Of a stretch of 64,000 nucleotides of DNA, positions 43,406-53,751 are shown one piece after another. The notes below the pieces were generated by a model, which saw only the letters and a list, made by a program, of their open reading frames with translations, was not told where the DNA came from and ran no database searches. The stretch is from NCBI GenBank assembly GCA_965370415.1, contig CBDUTJ010000004.1, positions 30,665 through 94,664 on the forward strand, read 5' to 3'. How positions within the stretch are numbered: the first letter of the stretch is position 1; every line of letters starts with the position of its first letter. Source of the stretch: an uncultured bacterium. Lineage in GTDB: Bacteria > Cloacimonadota > Cloacimonadia > Cloacimonadales > TCS61. A program made the translations under genes and the position numbers.

Positions 43406-44332
43406 ATGGGAACTCCACAATTTGCTGTTCCCACCTTGGAATTGCTTTCCAAAACACAATACTATCCAGTTATCTGTATTACCCAACCAGATAAACCCAA
43501 AGGGCGAAAGCAAAAATTATTACCTCCCGAAGTAAAAATAAAAGCCATGGAGCTGGGAATTCCTGTAATCCAACCGCAAGATGTAAATGAACCAGACATT
43601 ATCTCTAAACTGGTAAGGCTGAAGCCTGACATTGTCATAACTGTAGCTTATGGTGGTTATCTTAAAAAAGCTATTCGTAAACTTCCTGTTTCTGGCTGCA
43701 TAAATCTACACCCATCACTGTTACCCAAATACAGGGGAGCAGCTCCTATAAACTATGCTTTATTTAATGGTGATACTCGAACGGGAGTAACTGTCTTTAA
43801 AATAATAGCCAAAATGGATGCAGGACCTGTAATTTCTCAAAAAGAAACCGAAATCCTCAAGGATGAATGTTTTACTGAATTATCTACACGGTTGGCTAAA
43901 ATGGGCGCTGAAGAAATACTAAAAGCACTGAAAAAAATTGAGAAAAACGAATTGCTTACAACTCCGCAAGACCACGAGAATGCCACATTCACCTATAAGT
44001 TGAAGAAAGAAGACCTGATAATCGATTGGAAACAACCAGCAGAGAGAATCCGTAATAAAGTTCGGGGATTAGCAGAAATACCCGGAGCCGTTGCTTCCTT
44101 TAGAAAATCCCGGATTAAGATCATCGAGCTGGAAATACTAAAAACAAATTCAGGATTGATTCCAGGTACAATAAGAGACATAATAAAAAATAAGGGCATT
44201 GTAATTGCATCGGGTGATTATGATGTGCTTCTGAAACGTGTGCAACCTGCCGGAAAAAAGATTATGACTTCTCATGCATTCAGTCTGGGAGCCAGGATCA
44301 AACATGAAGAGAAATTCGAGAATGGATTTTGA
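43406..44332 (+). CDS. fmt: Methionyl-tRNA formyltransferase
   Basis: Motifs MGTPQFAVPTLE, INLHPSLLPKYRGAAPI and a C-terminal OB-like domain. The true start may be upstream: an in-frame CTG at 43373 follows AGGAGAGGA, and the conserved IVFMGTP strand begins before the first ATG. Confidence 0.9.
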   Translation: MGTPQFAVPTLELLSKTQYYPVICITQPDKPKGRKQKLLPPEVKIKAMELGIPVIQPQDVNEPDIISKLVRLKPDIVITVAYGGYLKKAIRKLPVSGCINLHPSLLPKYRGAAPINYALFNGDTRTGVTVFKIIAKMDAGPVISQKETEILKDECFTELSTRLAKMGAEEILKALKKIEKNELLTTPQDHENATFTYKLKKEDLIIDWKQPAERIRNKVRGLAEIPGAVASFRKSRIKIIELEILKTNSGLIPGTIRDIIKNKGIVIASGDYDVLLKRVQPAGKKIMTSHAFSLGARIKHEEKFENGF

Positions 44333-45083
44333 AATAAATACAAGAGGTAAAGGACTCTTTCTTACATTATCCACAATAACCCTTCTTCTGATGATGGCTG
44401 TCACAACGCTTCTGTGGTGGTTTGTCTCTCCTCGCCTGCACGAGATAAGCAAACTATTGGCAAATCTGTCTCTCACAGCTCTTCGAGTGTTTTATTTCGT
44501 TCTTCTTTTGGGGGTAATACTGGTTTATCTTACGATATTTCTTGAACGTAATTTCCTGATCGCACGTTTTGCGATAAGAGCTTTTATCAGAATCCTTTTT
44601 CCTGTAACTATTTTCTTGGGAAAAATATTTAGGTTTTCCGAAGAAAAAATGCGTGAGTCTTTTGTGCATTTAAATAATTCTTTTCTCAAGGCAATAAAAA
44701 AGAAGTTTGATCCTTCACAGATATTGGTTCTATTACCGCATTGCCTGCAAAATACCGATTGTGGAATTAGAATTACAGTTGATATCCACAAATGCGAGAA
44801 ATGCGGCAAATGCGATATTGGAAGATTAACAGCGTTATCCGAAAAGTATAGAATTCCTATTGCCATTGCTACAGGCGGAACTCTGGCGCGTAAAATAATC
44901 GTGGAAAACAAACCAAAGTTTATAATTGCCATTGCCTGTCAACGCGACCTGGTAGAGGGTTTAAGAGAAGTATTTCCAATTCCTGTTTATGGTGTTCTTA
45001 ATGATAGACCAGAAGGTCCATGTATTAATACAAGGGTAATGGTGGAAAAAATCGACCTGGCCCTCCGAAAGGTCTTAAATTAA
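44274..45083 (+). CDS. DUF116-family membrane protein with Cys-rich domain
   Basis: 269 aa with N-terminal TM helices and CLQNTDCGIRITVDIHKCEKCGKCDIG. Alternative in-frame starts are at 44304 and 44322. It overlaps the fmt 3' end. Confidence 0.6.
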   Translation: MHSVWEPGSNMKRNSRMDFEINTRGKGLFLTLSTITLLLMMAVTTLLWWFVSPRLHEISKLLANLSLTALRVFYFVLLLGVILVYLTIFLERNFLIARFAIRAFIRILFPVTIFLGKIFRFSEEKMRESFVHLNNSFLKAIKKKFDPSQILVLLPHCLQNTDCGIRITVDIHKCEKCGKCDIGRLTALSEKYRIPIAIATGGTLARKIIVENKPKFIIAIACQRDLVEGLREVFPIPVYGVLNDRPEGPCINTRVMVEKIDLALRKVLN

Positions 45084-45084
45084 T

Positions 45085-46149
45085 ATGATCAAGAAAAAAG
45101 AAAAAAAGAAATTTAAGCGAAAGAACATAAAACTGCAAAATATCGGAATAGAAAATTTAGAGAAATTTGAAGCTGAAGACCTGATAGAAGAAAAACGGGC
45201 TGAGAAAAAGATAGTTGAGAAAAGTAAAATAAGCCGCAAGTCGAATTTAAATTTAAAAGAGGGTCGGATTCTTCAGGTTGAATCAAATTACAAATGTCGG
45301 GTCAAAGTTGCCGGATCGGAACTAATATGTACGCTCAGCGGTAGACTGAAACAAGTAAATTATGAAACACGCACACTGGTGGCAGTTGGTGATTTTGTAA
45401 ATGTGAATATATCTGAGAATCCCCGTATCGAAGAGATTCTGCCAAGAAAAAATACACTTTCCAGATTTTCGGAAGAAAGCTTTCAAAAAGAAATTATTAT
45501 CGCTTCCAATATAGACCAGGTAATAATTACAGTATCTTATTGCGAACCGAAGATCAGTCCGGGTCTCATCGACCGCTATATTTGTGCTGCTCAGCTAAGT
45601 AATATACTACCGGTTATTTGTGTTAATAAGATCGATCTGGCAGAGTGCATAGAAGATGTGAAAAACAAAATGAAGTTTTACGAAGATACTAATTTCATGG
45701 TAATTTACACATCAGCAGAAACCAGCATCGGAATCGATAATTTGAGGGAAGTATTAAAAAGCAAGGAAACTGTTTTCTCGGGTCATTCGGGGGCAGGAAA
45801 ATCCACCCTCATCAACCTTCTGCAGCCAAACATCGATCTGGAAGTAGCAGAAATAAGTAGTTATACTGGAAAAGGAATTCATACAACTACCAGTTCCCAA
45901 CTAATTGAATGGTCTTTTGGTGGATATTTAGTTGACACACCTGGCATAAAAACTTTTGGTTTGCATCGAGAAGATAAGTATGATCTTCCGTTGGTTTTTC
46001 CGGGATTTTCGCAGTATGCAGATGAGTGTAAATTCAATAACTGCACACATTCTCACGAAGTTGGATGTGCGGTAAAAAATGCTGTGAACAATGGTGAGTT
46101 CCCGACAGAAAGGTATGAATCTTATCTGCGGATATTTGAATCTTTATAG
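45085..46149 (+). CDS. rsgA: Ribosome small-subunit-dependent GTPase A
   Basis: 354 aa with circularly permuted GTPase motifs (NKIDL before GHSGAGKSTLIN) and the C-terminal zinc motif CKFNNCTHSHEVGCAV. Confidence 0.85.
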   Translation: MIKKKEKKKFKRKNIKLQNIGIENLEKFEAEDLIEEKRAEKKIVEKSKISRKSNLNLKEGRILQVESNYKCRVKVAGSELICTLSGRLKQVNYETRTLVAVGDFVNVNISENPRIEEILPRKNTLSRFSEESFQKEIIIASNIDQVIITVSYCEPKISPGLIDRYICAAQLSNILPVICVNKIDLAECIEDVKNKMKFYEDTNFMVIYTSAETSIGIDNLREVLKSKETVFSGHSGAGKSTLINLLQPNIDLEVAEISSYTGKGIHTTTSSQLIEWSFGGYLVDTPGIKTFGLHREDKYDLPLVFPGFSQYADECKFNNCTHSHEVGCAVKNAVNNGEFPTERYESYLRIFESL

Positions 46150-46162
46150 CAAAGGATGAAAT

Positions 46163-47017
46163 ATGCAGAATTTTGGAATATTTTTCAATCCGGATTTTCT
46201 TGATAAACAGTCGATTTTTAAATTACTGAAAAAACTGCACAAAACAAAAAAATTAAATTTGTTCAAATTTCCAGAGCAAAAAGACCTTTTACCAGACTTC
46301 ATTGATTTATTAGAAGAACCATCAAGATCAAAACTGGATTGTATTCTTTCTTTTGGTGGTGACGGCACATTATTAAGAGCAAGTCAATATTCATTAGTAG
46401 CCAATGCACCGCTTTTAGGCATTAATCTGGGAAAATTAGGATTTCTTTCTGAAAGCAGTATCACTGAACTGGAGAAGTCAATTGACGATTTGAAAAAAAA
46501 TAGGTTCAAAGTTCAAAAGAGAATGCTGCTGAAGGCAATGCTTAAAAGAAAAAATAAAATTATTTTTTCCAATCTTGCTTTGAATGATGCAGTCATCTAT
46601 AAGGGAGAAACTCCAAAGTTGATCGATATCCGTTTTTACAGCAACCGAAGGTTTGTTGTAGAAACCAGATGCGACGGCATTATTGTTTCTACTCCTACAG
46701 GTTCTACTGCATATTCTCTTTCTGCTGGCGGTCCCATTCTCTCACCCGTTATGGAAGCCATTATTGTGTCACCGCTTAATCCACATATTCTCAGTGTGCG
46801 CCCTATGGTATTTTCTCCTAAAGATAAATTGAGCTTTAAGATAAAAACATCGAACGGGGAAAGCATTCTTCAGTTAGATGGTCGTAACATTCACATGTTG
46901 CATGCGGAAGATGAAATAATTGTTACCGGCGCTTCCCAAAAAGTCAGTTTTATAAAATTGACCAATAAAACCTTTTATCAGATTTTAAGAAAAAAACTTC
47001 ATATGGGAAAGAAATGA
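46163..47017 (+). CDS. nadK: NAD(+) kinase
   Basis: 284 aa with GGDGTLLRA and the NE/D motif (LNDAVI), plus STPTGSTAYSLSAGGPI. Confidence 0.85.
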   Translation: MQNFGIFFNPDFLDKQSIFKLLKKLHKTKKLNLFKFPEQKDLLPDFIDLLEEPSRSKLDCILSFGGDGTLLRASQYSLVANAPLLGINLGKLGFLSESSITELEKSIDDLKKNRFKVQKRMLLKAMLKRKNKIIFSNLALNDAVIYKGETPKLIDIRFYSNRRFVVETRCDGIIVSTPTGSTAYSLSAGGPILSPVMEAIIVSPLNPHILSVRPMVFSPKDKLSFKIKTSNGESILQLDGRNIHMLHAEDEIIVTGASQKVSFIKLTNKTFYQILRKKLHMGKK

Positions 47018-48717
47018 TAAAAAGCCTGAGAATAGATAATTTCATCATTGTAGAAAAGCTTCTATTAAATTTTGAAAAAGGACTCCAGGTTCTCACAGGG
47101 GAGACCGGAGCAGGCAAATCAATCATAGTGGGTGCAATCGATGTGATATTAGGTGGAGCAGTCCGCCCGGGAATGGTTTATGATGAATCTAAACCTGCAT
47201 ACCTGGAAACTGTTTTTGATATTGATAGAGAGAATAAACTACTAATAAGCTTTTTAGAAAAATATGATATCGATCTCTCGGAAAATGAAATCTTCTTGGC
47301 GAAAGAAATAGCTTCCAACCTACGCGGGAAAAGTTTTATAAATAGTCGCCGCATATCTAATTCAATTGTAAAAGAGTTCCGAGAAATATTGCTCGATTTC
47401 CATAGCCAGCGAGATCAGCAGCGACTTTTTGACACCGAATATCAATTGGAAGTGCTCGATAAGTTTGGTAATCTAATGCCGCAAAGAGAAAAATTCGGTA
47501 ATAAATTCAGAGAAACAGAACAGAAAATCAAAGACCTGATAAAACTTGAATTTAAAGAAAAAGAACTTTCTGAAAAGATTAACCTTTACCACTACCAGGT
47601 AGATGAAATTGATAAAATGCAATTGGAAAATGGAGAAGACATCAAGCTGCAAACAGAATTGAATCTTCTGACAAATGCAGAAGACATTTTAAACCAGGCA
47701 GCAGAGATGGAGCAAATTATTTATGAACAGGAAAACTCAGTGTATGATACCATAAACAGCTTCATTTCGCAATTCTCCCGTTTTGAAGAAGATAATCCTC
47801 ATTTAAAAAAAGCAGTTTCGTCGCTGCACGAATCACTGGCAAACCTGGATGAATCAATTTCACAGATCAGGGAAGTGCAGAACATCATAGCTGTAGATAG
47901 TTCGCGATTGGAGGAAGTACAGGAACGCTTGAACAGCATTAATTCAGTTTGTCTAAAGTATAAGCGTAACATTCCTCAAATCCTGGAATATATCCAATTT
48001 ATTAAAACCGAACTTGCTTCTTATTCTTCTAACCAGGATAAAATAAAGCAATTTCAAGCTGATATTGAAAAGGATCTTTCCAGCTTGAGAAATATGGCGA
48101 ATAAACTTACCGAATCCCGCAGGAAAGTAGCTGCCAGATTTGAAAAAGAGATTGAATCTAATATAAAAAAACTGGCTATCCCGGATGCCCGCATCGAAAT
48201 AAAATTTGACAGTGATAACGGGAACAAAGAACTTACTAACAGACTGGATGGTCTTAATGTTTCCGGGCAGGATGAGATAGATATTTATTTCTCAGCTAAT
48301 AAGGGAGTGAAACTGCAATCTCTGCGGTTCGCAGCTTCTGGTGGAGAACTTTCCAGATTCCTGCTTACAGTAAAGAAAATTTTATCGGATAAGCTGGATA
48401 GAAGAACGATAATTTTTGATGAGATCGATGCAGGAATTGGCGGCAGAACTGCCGATCTTCTGGCAGATTTTATTCACAACATTGGCAGGTACCATCAGGT
48501 GCTCTGCATCAGCCATTTGCCGCAGATCGCTTCTTATGCGGACAGGCATTTTGCTATTGTGAAAAAGAGCGGTACAAAGACTTCCCAGGTGGAAGTTAGT
48601 GTTTTAGATAAAAATGAAAAGCGTGAAGAAATTGCCAGGATGTTGTCCGGCTCAACTTCAGAACTAGCAATAAAGCACGCTGAAGAATTAATAAATAAAG
48701 TAAGAGGAGTTAATTAA
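47014..48717 (+). CDS. recN: DNA repair protein RecN
   Basis: 567 aa. Walker A is GETGAGKSII, followed by a long coiled coil, the signature ASGGELSRFLL and Walker B IIFDEIDAGIGG. ATGA overlaps nadK. Confidence 0.9.
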   Translation: MIKSLRIDNFIIVEKLLLNFEKGLQVLTGETGAGKSIIVGAIDVILGGAVRPGMVYDESKPAYLETVFDIDRENKLLISFLEKYDIDLSENEIFLAKEIASNLRGKSFINSRRISNSIVKEFREILLDFHSQRDQQRLFDTEYQLEVLDKFGNLMPQREKFGNKFRETEQKIKDLIKLEFKEKELSEKINLYHYQVDEIDKMQLENGEDIKLQTELNLLTNAEDILNQAAEMEQIIYEQENSVYDTINSFISQFSRFEEDNPHLKKAVSSLHESLANLDESISQIREVQNIIAVDSSRLEEVQERLNSINSVCLKYKRNIPQILEYIQFIKTELASYSSNQDKIKQFQADIEKDLSSLRNMANKLTESRRKVAARFEKEIESNIKKLAIPDARIEIKFDSDNGNKELTNRLDGLNVSGQDEIDIYFSANKGVKLQSLRFAASGGELSRFLLTVKKILSDKLDRRTIIFDEIDAGIGGRTADLLADFIHNIGRYHQVLCISHLPQIASYADRHFAIVKKSGTKTSQVEVSVLDKNEKREEIARMLSGSTSELAIKHAEELINKVRGVN

Positions 48718-49589
48718 TGTTCAGATTGAGACGCGATACAAAGTATGTGATTATTTTTCTGGTAATTCTTATTTCCGTGTATCTGGGAATGAAGAGATCA
48801 AATTTGAATAATGCATTTACCAGGAAACAAGTTAGGATAGATACATCAAGTGCAGAAAAGATCTTTGGGAATTCTACTACTATTATGAAAATACAGATGA
48901 AATTCAATATAAATGATTTGGAAACGATAAACACCGTCCTTTCCGAGGTATTTACCAAGGAAGACGTTTCCATTAAACTTTCCGAAACAAAGGGAAACCA
49001 CCAGATGATCATTTTTGAATATCCAAACACTCTCCGAGAAACAGTTTTATTACAGCTCAGGAATGTTGAAGGCTTTGCTTCAGAAAATATCAGATCTATA
49101 CCTTCTTCATCTTTCAATGCCAATATCAAAGAAAACCTGAAAAACAATCAATTAGCAAAAACACGCATCCAGGAACTGATAAACAAAAGTACTTCTCCAG
49201 ACAGGCTAGCAGAATTTCGTATTCAGTTGGATAGAGTACAAGCTACCATCGACAGCTTAATGAACCAGAATATAATCCAAAAACATAACGAAAAATATGA
49301 TGTAATAATGATAACATCTATTAAACAAACAGATGGTGATGTTAATCTTAAACAAAGTATTAAAACTTTTGTTTTAACAACGTTTGTAGTACTAGTAATA
49401 CTCATCATCGGGCTTATATTTGTCTATTATGTTACTATTCTATTAATAAAACTGATGACTGCAATGGGCATTAAAACCACTAGATCTTCTTCCGGAAGTT
49501 ATAGCTATAATTACAAACGTAAGGGTTATGGAAGAAGAATAAAACGTATTTATAAAGATGAAGATGATAAAACAATAAAAAAAGAATAA
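48717..49589 (+). CDS. Hypothetical bitopic membrane protein (DUF4349-like layout)
   Basis: 290 aa with an N-terminal TM, a coiled-coil middle, a C-terminal TM and a basic tail. TAATG overlaps recN. Confidence 0.45.
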   Translation: MFRLRRDTKYVIIFLVILISVYLGMKRSNLNNAFTRKQVRIDTSSAEKIFGNSTTIMKIQMKFNINDLETINTVLSEVFTKEDVSIKLSETKGNHQMIIFEYPNTLRETVLLQLRNVEGFASENIRSIPSSSFNANIKENLKNNQLAKTRIQELINKSTSPDRLAEFRIQLDRVQATIDSLMNQNIIQKHNEKYDVIMITSIKQTDGDVNLKQSIKTFVLTTFVVLVILIIGLIFVYYVTILLIKLMTAMGIKTTRSSSGSYSYNYKRKGYGRRIKRIYKDEDDKTIKKE

Positions 49590-49604
49590 AATTGGGAGGT
49601 TATT

Positions 49605-50051
49605 ATGGAGGGATGGATGGTTTGGATAGCAATCGGCATTATCTGCCTAATCATCGAGATATTCACTCCTGGTTTTCTTTTCATGAGTTTTGGGATCGGG
49701 GCGATCCTTACAGGTGTAGTCGAATCGATCTTTACATTAGAAGTACCTTACCAGATATTGATCTTTGCTGTGATTACTTTCCTGGTATTTATCAGCATGA
49801 GAAAGCTGGGTAAGAAACTTATCTCAAAATCTGCAGAGGAAACGAATATCTATGCCCTGAAAGGAAAAGGCGGGAAAGTGGTGAAGGAAATTCCTGCCGA
49901 TGGCAAAGGTTATGTAAAGATTGGCGGTGAAGAATGGTCTGCTGTTTCTGTAGATGGCATGAATATAGCTGAAGAAGAGAAAGTGGTGATCGAAAAAGTG
50001 GAAGGCAATAAATTAATAGTTAAGAAAAAAGAAGAAAATAAGGAGGAATGA
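49605..50051 (+). CDS. NfeD-family membrane protein
   Basis: 148 aa with GGGAGG upstream, three N-terminal TM helices plus a C-terminal OB-like soluble domain (GKGYVKIGGEEWSA). It is translationally coupled to the SPFH gene, the classic NfeD-stomatin pair. Confidence 0.7.
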   Translation: MEGWMVWIAIGIICLIIEIFTPGFLFMSFGIGAILTGVVESIFTLEVPYQILIFAVITFLVFISMRKLGKKLISKSAEETNIYALKGKGGKVVKEIPADGKGYVKIGGEEWSAVSVDGMNIAEEEKVVIEKVEGNKLIVKKKEENKEE

Positions 50052-50986
50052 TGACTGTAGTATTTATTATTCTGGCTGTCTTTGTATTAATCCTGATATC
50101 AAAAGGTCTTGTTGTCGTAAAACAGGCACAGGTTATCATTATCGAAAGACTGGGAAAATATAATAGAACACTCAGCAGCGGACTTCACATAATCTGGCCG
50201 GTGATAGATAAAGCGCGCCAGATTAACTGGCGATATGTAAAAACAGATTTCAAAGGTAATAAATTTGTTCAAATAAAAAATGAGACAAAAATCGACTTAA
50301 GGGAAACGGTTTATGATTTTCCACGACAGAACGTGATCACTGCAGATAACGTATCCATAGAAATAGATGCACTGCTCTATTTTCAGATAACCGACCCGAC
50401 CAAAGCAGTGTATGAAATAGCCAACCTGCCACAAGCGATTGAAAAACTCACCCAGACCACATTGCGTAACGTCATTGGTGAACTCGATCTTGATAAGACC
50501 CTCACCTCTCGTGATACCATCAATTCCAAGCTGCGTGATATCCTGGATGAAGCTACCGATAAATGGGGTGTAAAAGTTAACCGCGTTGAATTGCAGGATA
50601 TTAATCCTCCGGCAGAAATTAAAACAGCTATGGAAAAACAAATGCGTGCCGAGCGTGACCGTCGTGCAAAAATATTGGAAGCAGAAGGAGAAAAACGATC
50701 AGCGATTTTAATAGCAGAAGGCGATAAAGAAGCAAAGATCACTAGGGCAGAAGGTGAAGCAAAAGCAAAGTACCTGGTTGCAGAAGCAGAATCAAGAGCA
50801 ATTAAAAAGATTGCCGAAGCTGTGGAAAAAACAGGAACAGACCCCGCACAATATCTGCTGGCAGTTAAATATATAAAAGCATTCAATGAGATAGTTCAAA
50901 AAGAAGATAAAACGGTTGTCATTCCTTACGAAGCCTCTGCCATGTTAGGCTCTATAAAAGCATTGGAAAAGGTTTTTAAAAGCTAA
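50048..50986 (+). CDS. SPFH/band-7 (stomatin-like, slipin) protein
   Basis: 312 aa with an N-terminal TM, an SPFH core (VITADNVSIEIDALLYFQITDP...LRNVIGELDLDKTL) and an Ala/Glu-rich coiled coil. Confidence 0.85.
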   Translation: MMTVVFIILAVFVLILISKGLVVVKQAQVIIIERLGKYNRTLSSGLHIIWPVIDKARQINWRYVKTDFKGNKFVQIKNETKIDLRETVYDFPRQNVITADNVSIEIDALLYFQITDPTKAVYEIANLPQAIEKLTQTTLRNVIGELDLDKTLTSRDTINSKLRDILDEATDKWGVKVNRVELQDINPPAEIKTAMEKQMRAERDRRAKILEAEGEKRSAILIAEGDKEAKITRAEGEAKAKYLVAEAESRAIKKIAEAVEKTGTDPAQYLLAVKYIKAFNEIVQKEDKTVVIPYEASAMLGSIKALEKVFKS

Positions 50987-51180
50987 ACTCAAAAATTAAA
51001 GTCATCTTAATTGACAAAATGTAGGGAACAGGCGGAATGGAGGAGTGGAAATTCTGAATATAATAAAAGAAAGAATTTTAAATAAAGGATTGGAAATAAA
51101 AGAAGAAATCAATAAAAAAAAATTGAAATAATTAAAGCTGTAGCTAAAACTAAAAAAACATGAATTGTGAAAAATATTAG

Positions 51181-52488
<1,308 letters not shown>

Positions 52489-52502
52489 GGTTAAATAAGA
52501 AA

Positions 52503-52771
52503 CCTGTCTTTCTGAGGTATCTTATAGCTTTACACACGCTGTGTCCGGCTTAGACGGAAAGAATCTCATGGGTGAACATTTAGCTTTGCCTTGAAGATGA
52601 GTTTTGCAAAATAAAGTGTTTTTGTCATCCTGCTTGTCAAGCCGAAGCTGACGAAGGCTGGAGGAATTCGGTCCATTTTTCTTACGAAGTATCTTTGCTT
52701 ATAATAAGACTTGTACGCTGTGGTGGATTCTTCGTCGAATGCCTTTGTAAGTTCATCCTCAGAAAGACAGG
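52503..52771. repeat. 269-bp intergenic element bounded by a perfect 15-bp inverted repeat (MITE-like or structured RNA locus)
   Basis: CCTGTCTTTCTGAGG (52503-52517) is the exact reverse complement of CCTCAGAAAGACAGG (52757-52771). The inside contains TTTGTCATCCTG (52621-52632) and GGAGGAATTCGGTCCATTTTTCTTACGAAGTATCTT, both related to 32488-32590. Confidence 0.45.
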
Positions 52772-52801
52772 AATGTTCCTACTTTGTTTTGTGGAGGTAG
52801 C

Positions 52802-53425
52802 ATGAAAAAAATATTTCTTTTTATCCTTCCAGTTCTCATACTTGCCGGCTGTTCTACGGAAGGAGACATTAAAATAATCAATCGAACAGACCATTATCTT
52901 TATTTTACTATCAAGGGTAGCGATTATATTCTGGAAGGTTCACCTGATTCTGATCCAAGTAAAACCATAACCGTAGATACAGGCAGCCAATTCCTTTTCT
53001 GGGGTGGTGATGCGACCAAAGTGGACATGACACTCGAAGGTGAGACCTTTATGATGCAGTGGGCAAACGATGATGGCTCCCCCAGCGGAGATTATTATAC
53101 CGAAACCACGCTCAATGTGCCTGCCAACGAAACGTTAAAGATCTATTGTGAGCCTACACACGCTGGTGTAAAACTGGTCAATAACTCTGAAGTGGATATT
53201 GTTGATTTCTCTTATTATACTGATGATAACGGCACACTTTTTGCTTTAATAGATTATCCAATTCTTTCCGGAGATTCCATCTGGAGCAGGTTGAAAGCAA
53301 CTACAACCTACGATTCTATTGTTTATTCATTTGTAATTAAATATGCGAACGGTTTGTTTGATAGTAGTTATGTTAATTATGACAATTTGATCGTGGATGA
53401 ACAGTTGAGGATAGAGTTGGAATAA
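52802..53425 (+). CDS. Hypothetical lipoprotein
   Basis: I prefer the ATG at 52802 (MKKIFLFILPVLILAGCS, GGAGG 5 nt upstream) over the ORF-track start at 52784. Confidence 0.5.
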   Translation: MKKIFLFILPVLILAGCSTEGDIKIINRTDHYLYFTIKGSDYILEGSPDSDPSKTITVDTGSQFLFWGGDATKVDMTLEGETFMMQWANDDGSPSGDYYTETTLNVPANETLKIYCEPTHAGVKLVNNSEVDIVDFSYYTDDNGTLFALIDYPILSGDSIWSRLKATTTYDSIVYSFVIKYANGLFDSSYVNYDNLIVDEQLRIELE

Positions 53426-53751
53426 CCGCAAAAAAAGCACAAAATTTTTTTAAGTTGGTGTAACTATGGTTGGTTAGAAACTATATTTCCTGATAGAGAT
53501 TCGGGATATAGAGCCAGTGGGATTTTTCTCGCTATCCAGAAAAGGTTTGTTTCCTTTTTTTAGAGATTTAGTAAAGATATTTTCATATAAAAAAACATTT
53601 GACAAAATTTGATAATTGAAGTTACTTAGTAATTGTCTTAATTAAAATTGAATTCATTATAGGAATTATAATACTGAATACGAAATTCGTTTGATATTTA
53701 TGTTAGTTGAGGAAAACTAAAAAGACAACATTGCTGAAATAGGAGAAAACA

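Noticed and set aside
49592-49813. 73-aa ORF overlapping nfeD in another frame
   Set aside because: It has an alternative start without an RBS. The nfeD frame has GGGAGG upstream and clear TM helices plus an OB-like domain.
52503-52771. RNase P, SRP, tmRNA or 6S RNA gene in the eno-lipoprotein spacer
   Set aside because: GGAGGAATTCGGTCC and GTCCGGCTTA superficially recall RNase P conserved regions. However, they occur in the wrong order, the element is too short, and other universal motifs are missing. No tmRNA or SRP signatures are present. 6S RNA cannot be excluded by eye, but nothing specific supports it.
52682-52894. 70-aa minus-strand ORF
   Set aside because: It runs through the inverted-repeat element and into the start of the lipoprotein gene. 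It is a typical junk peptide generated by intergenic repeats.
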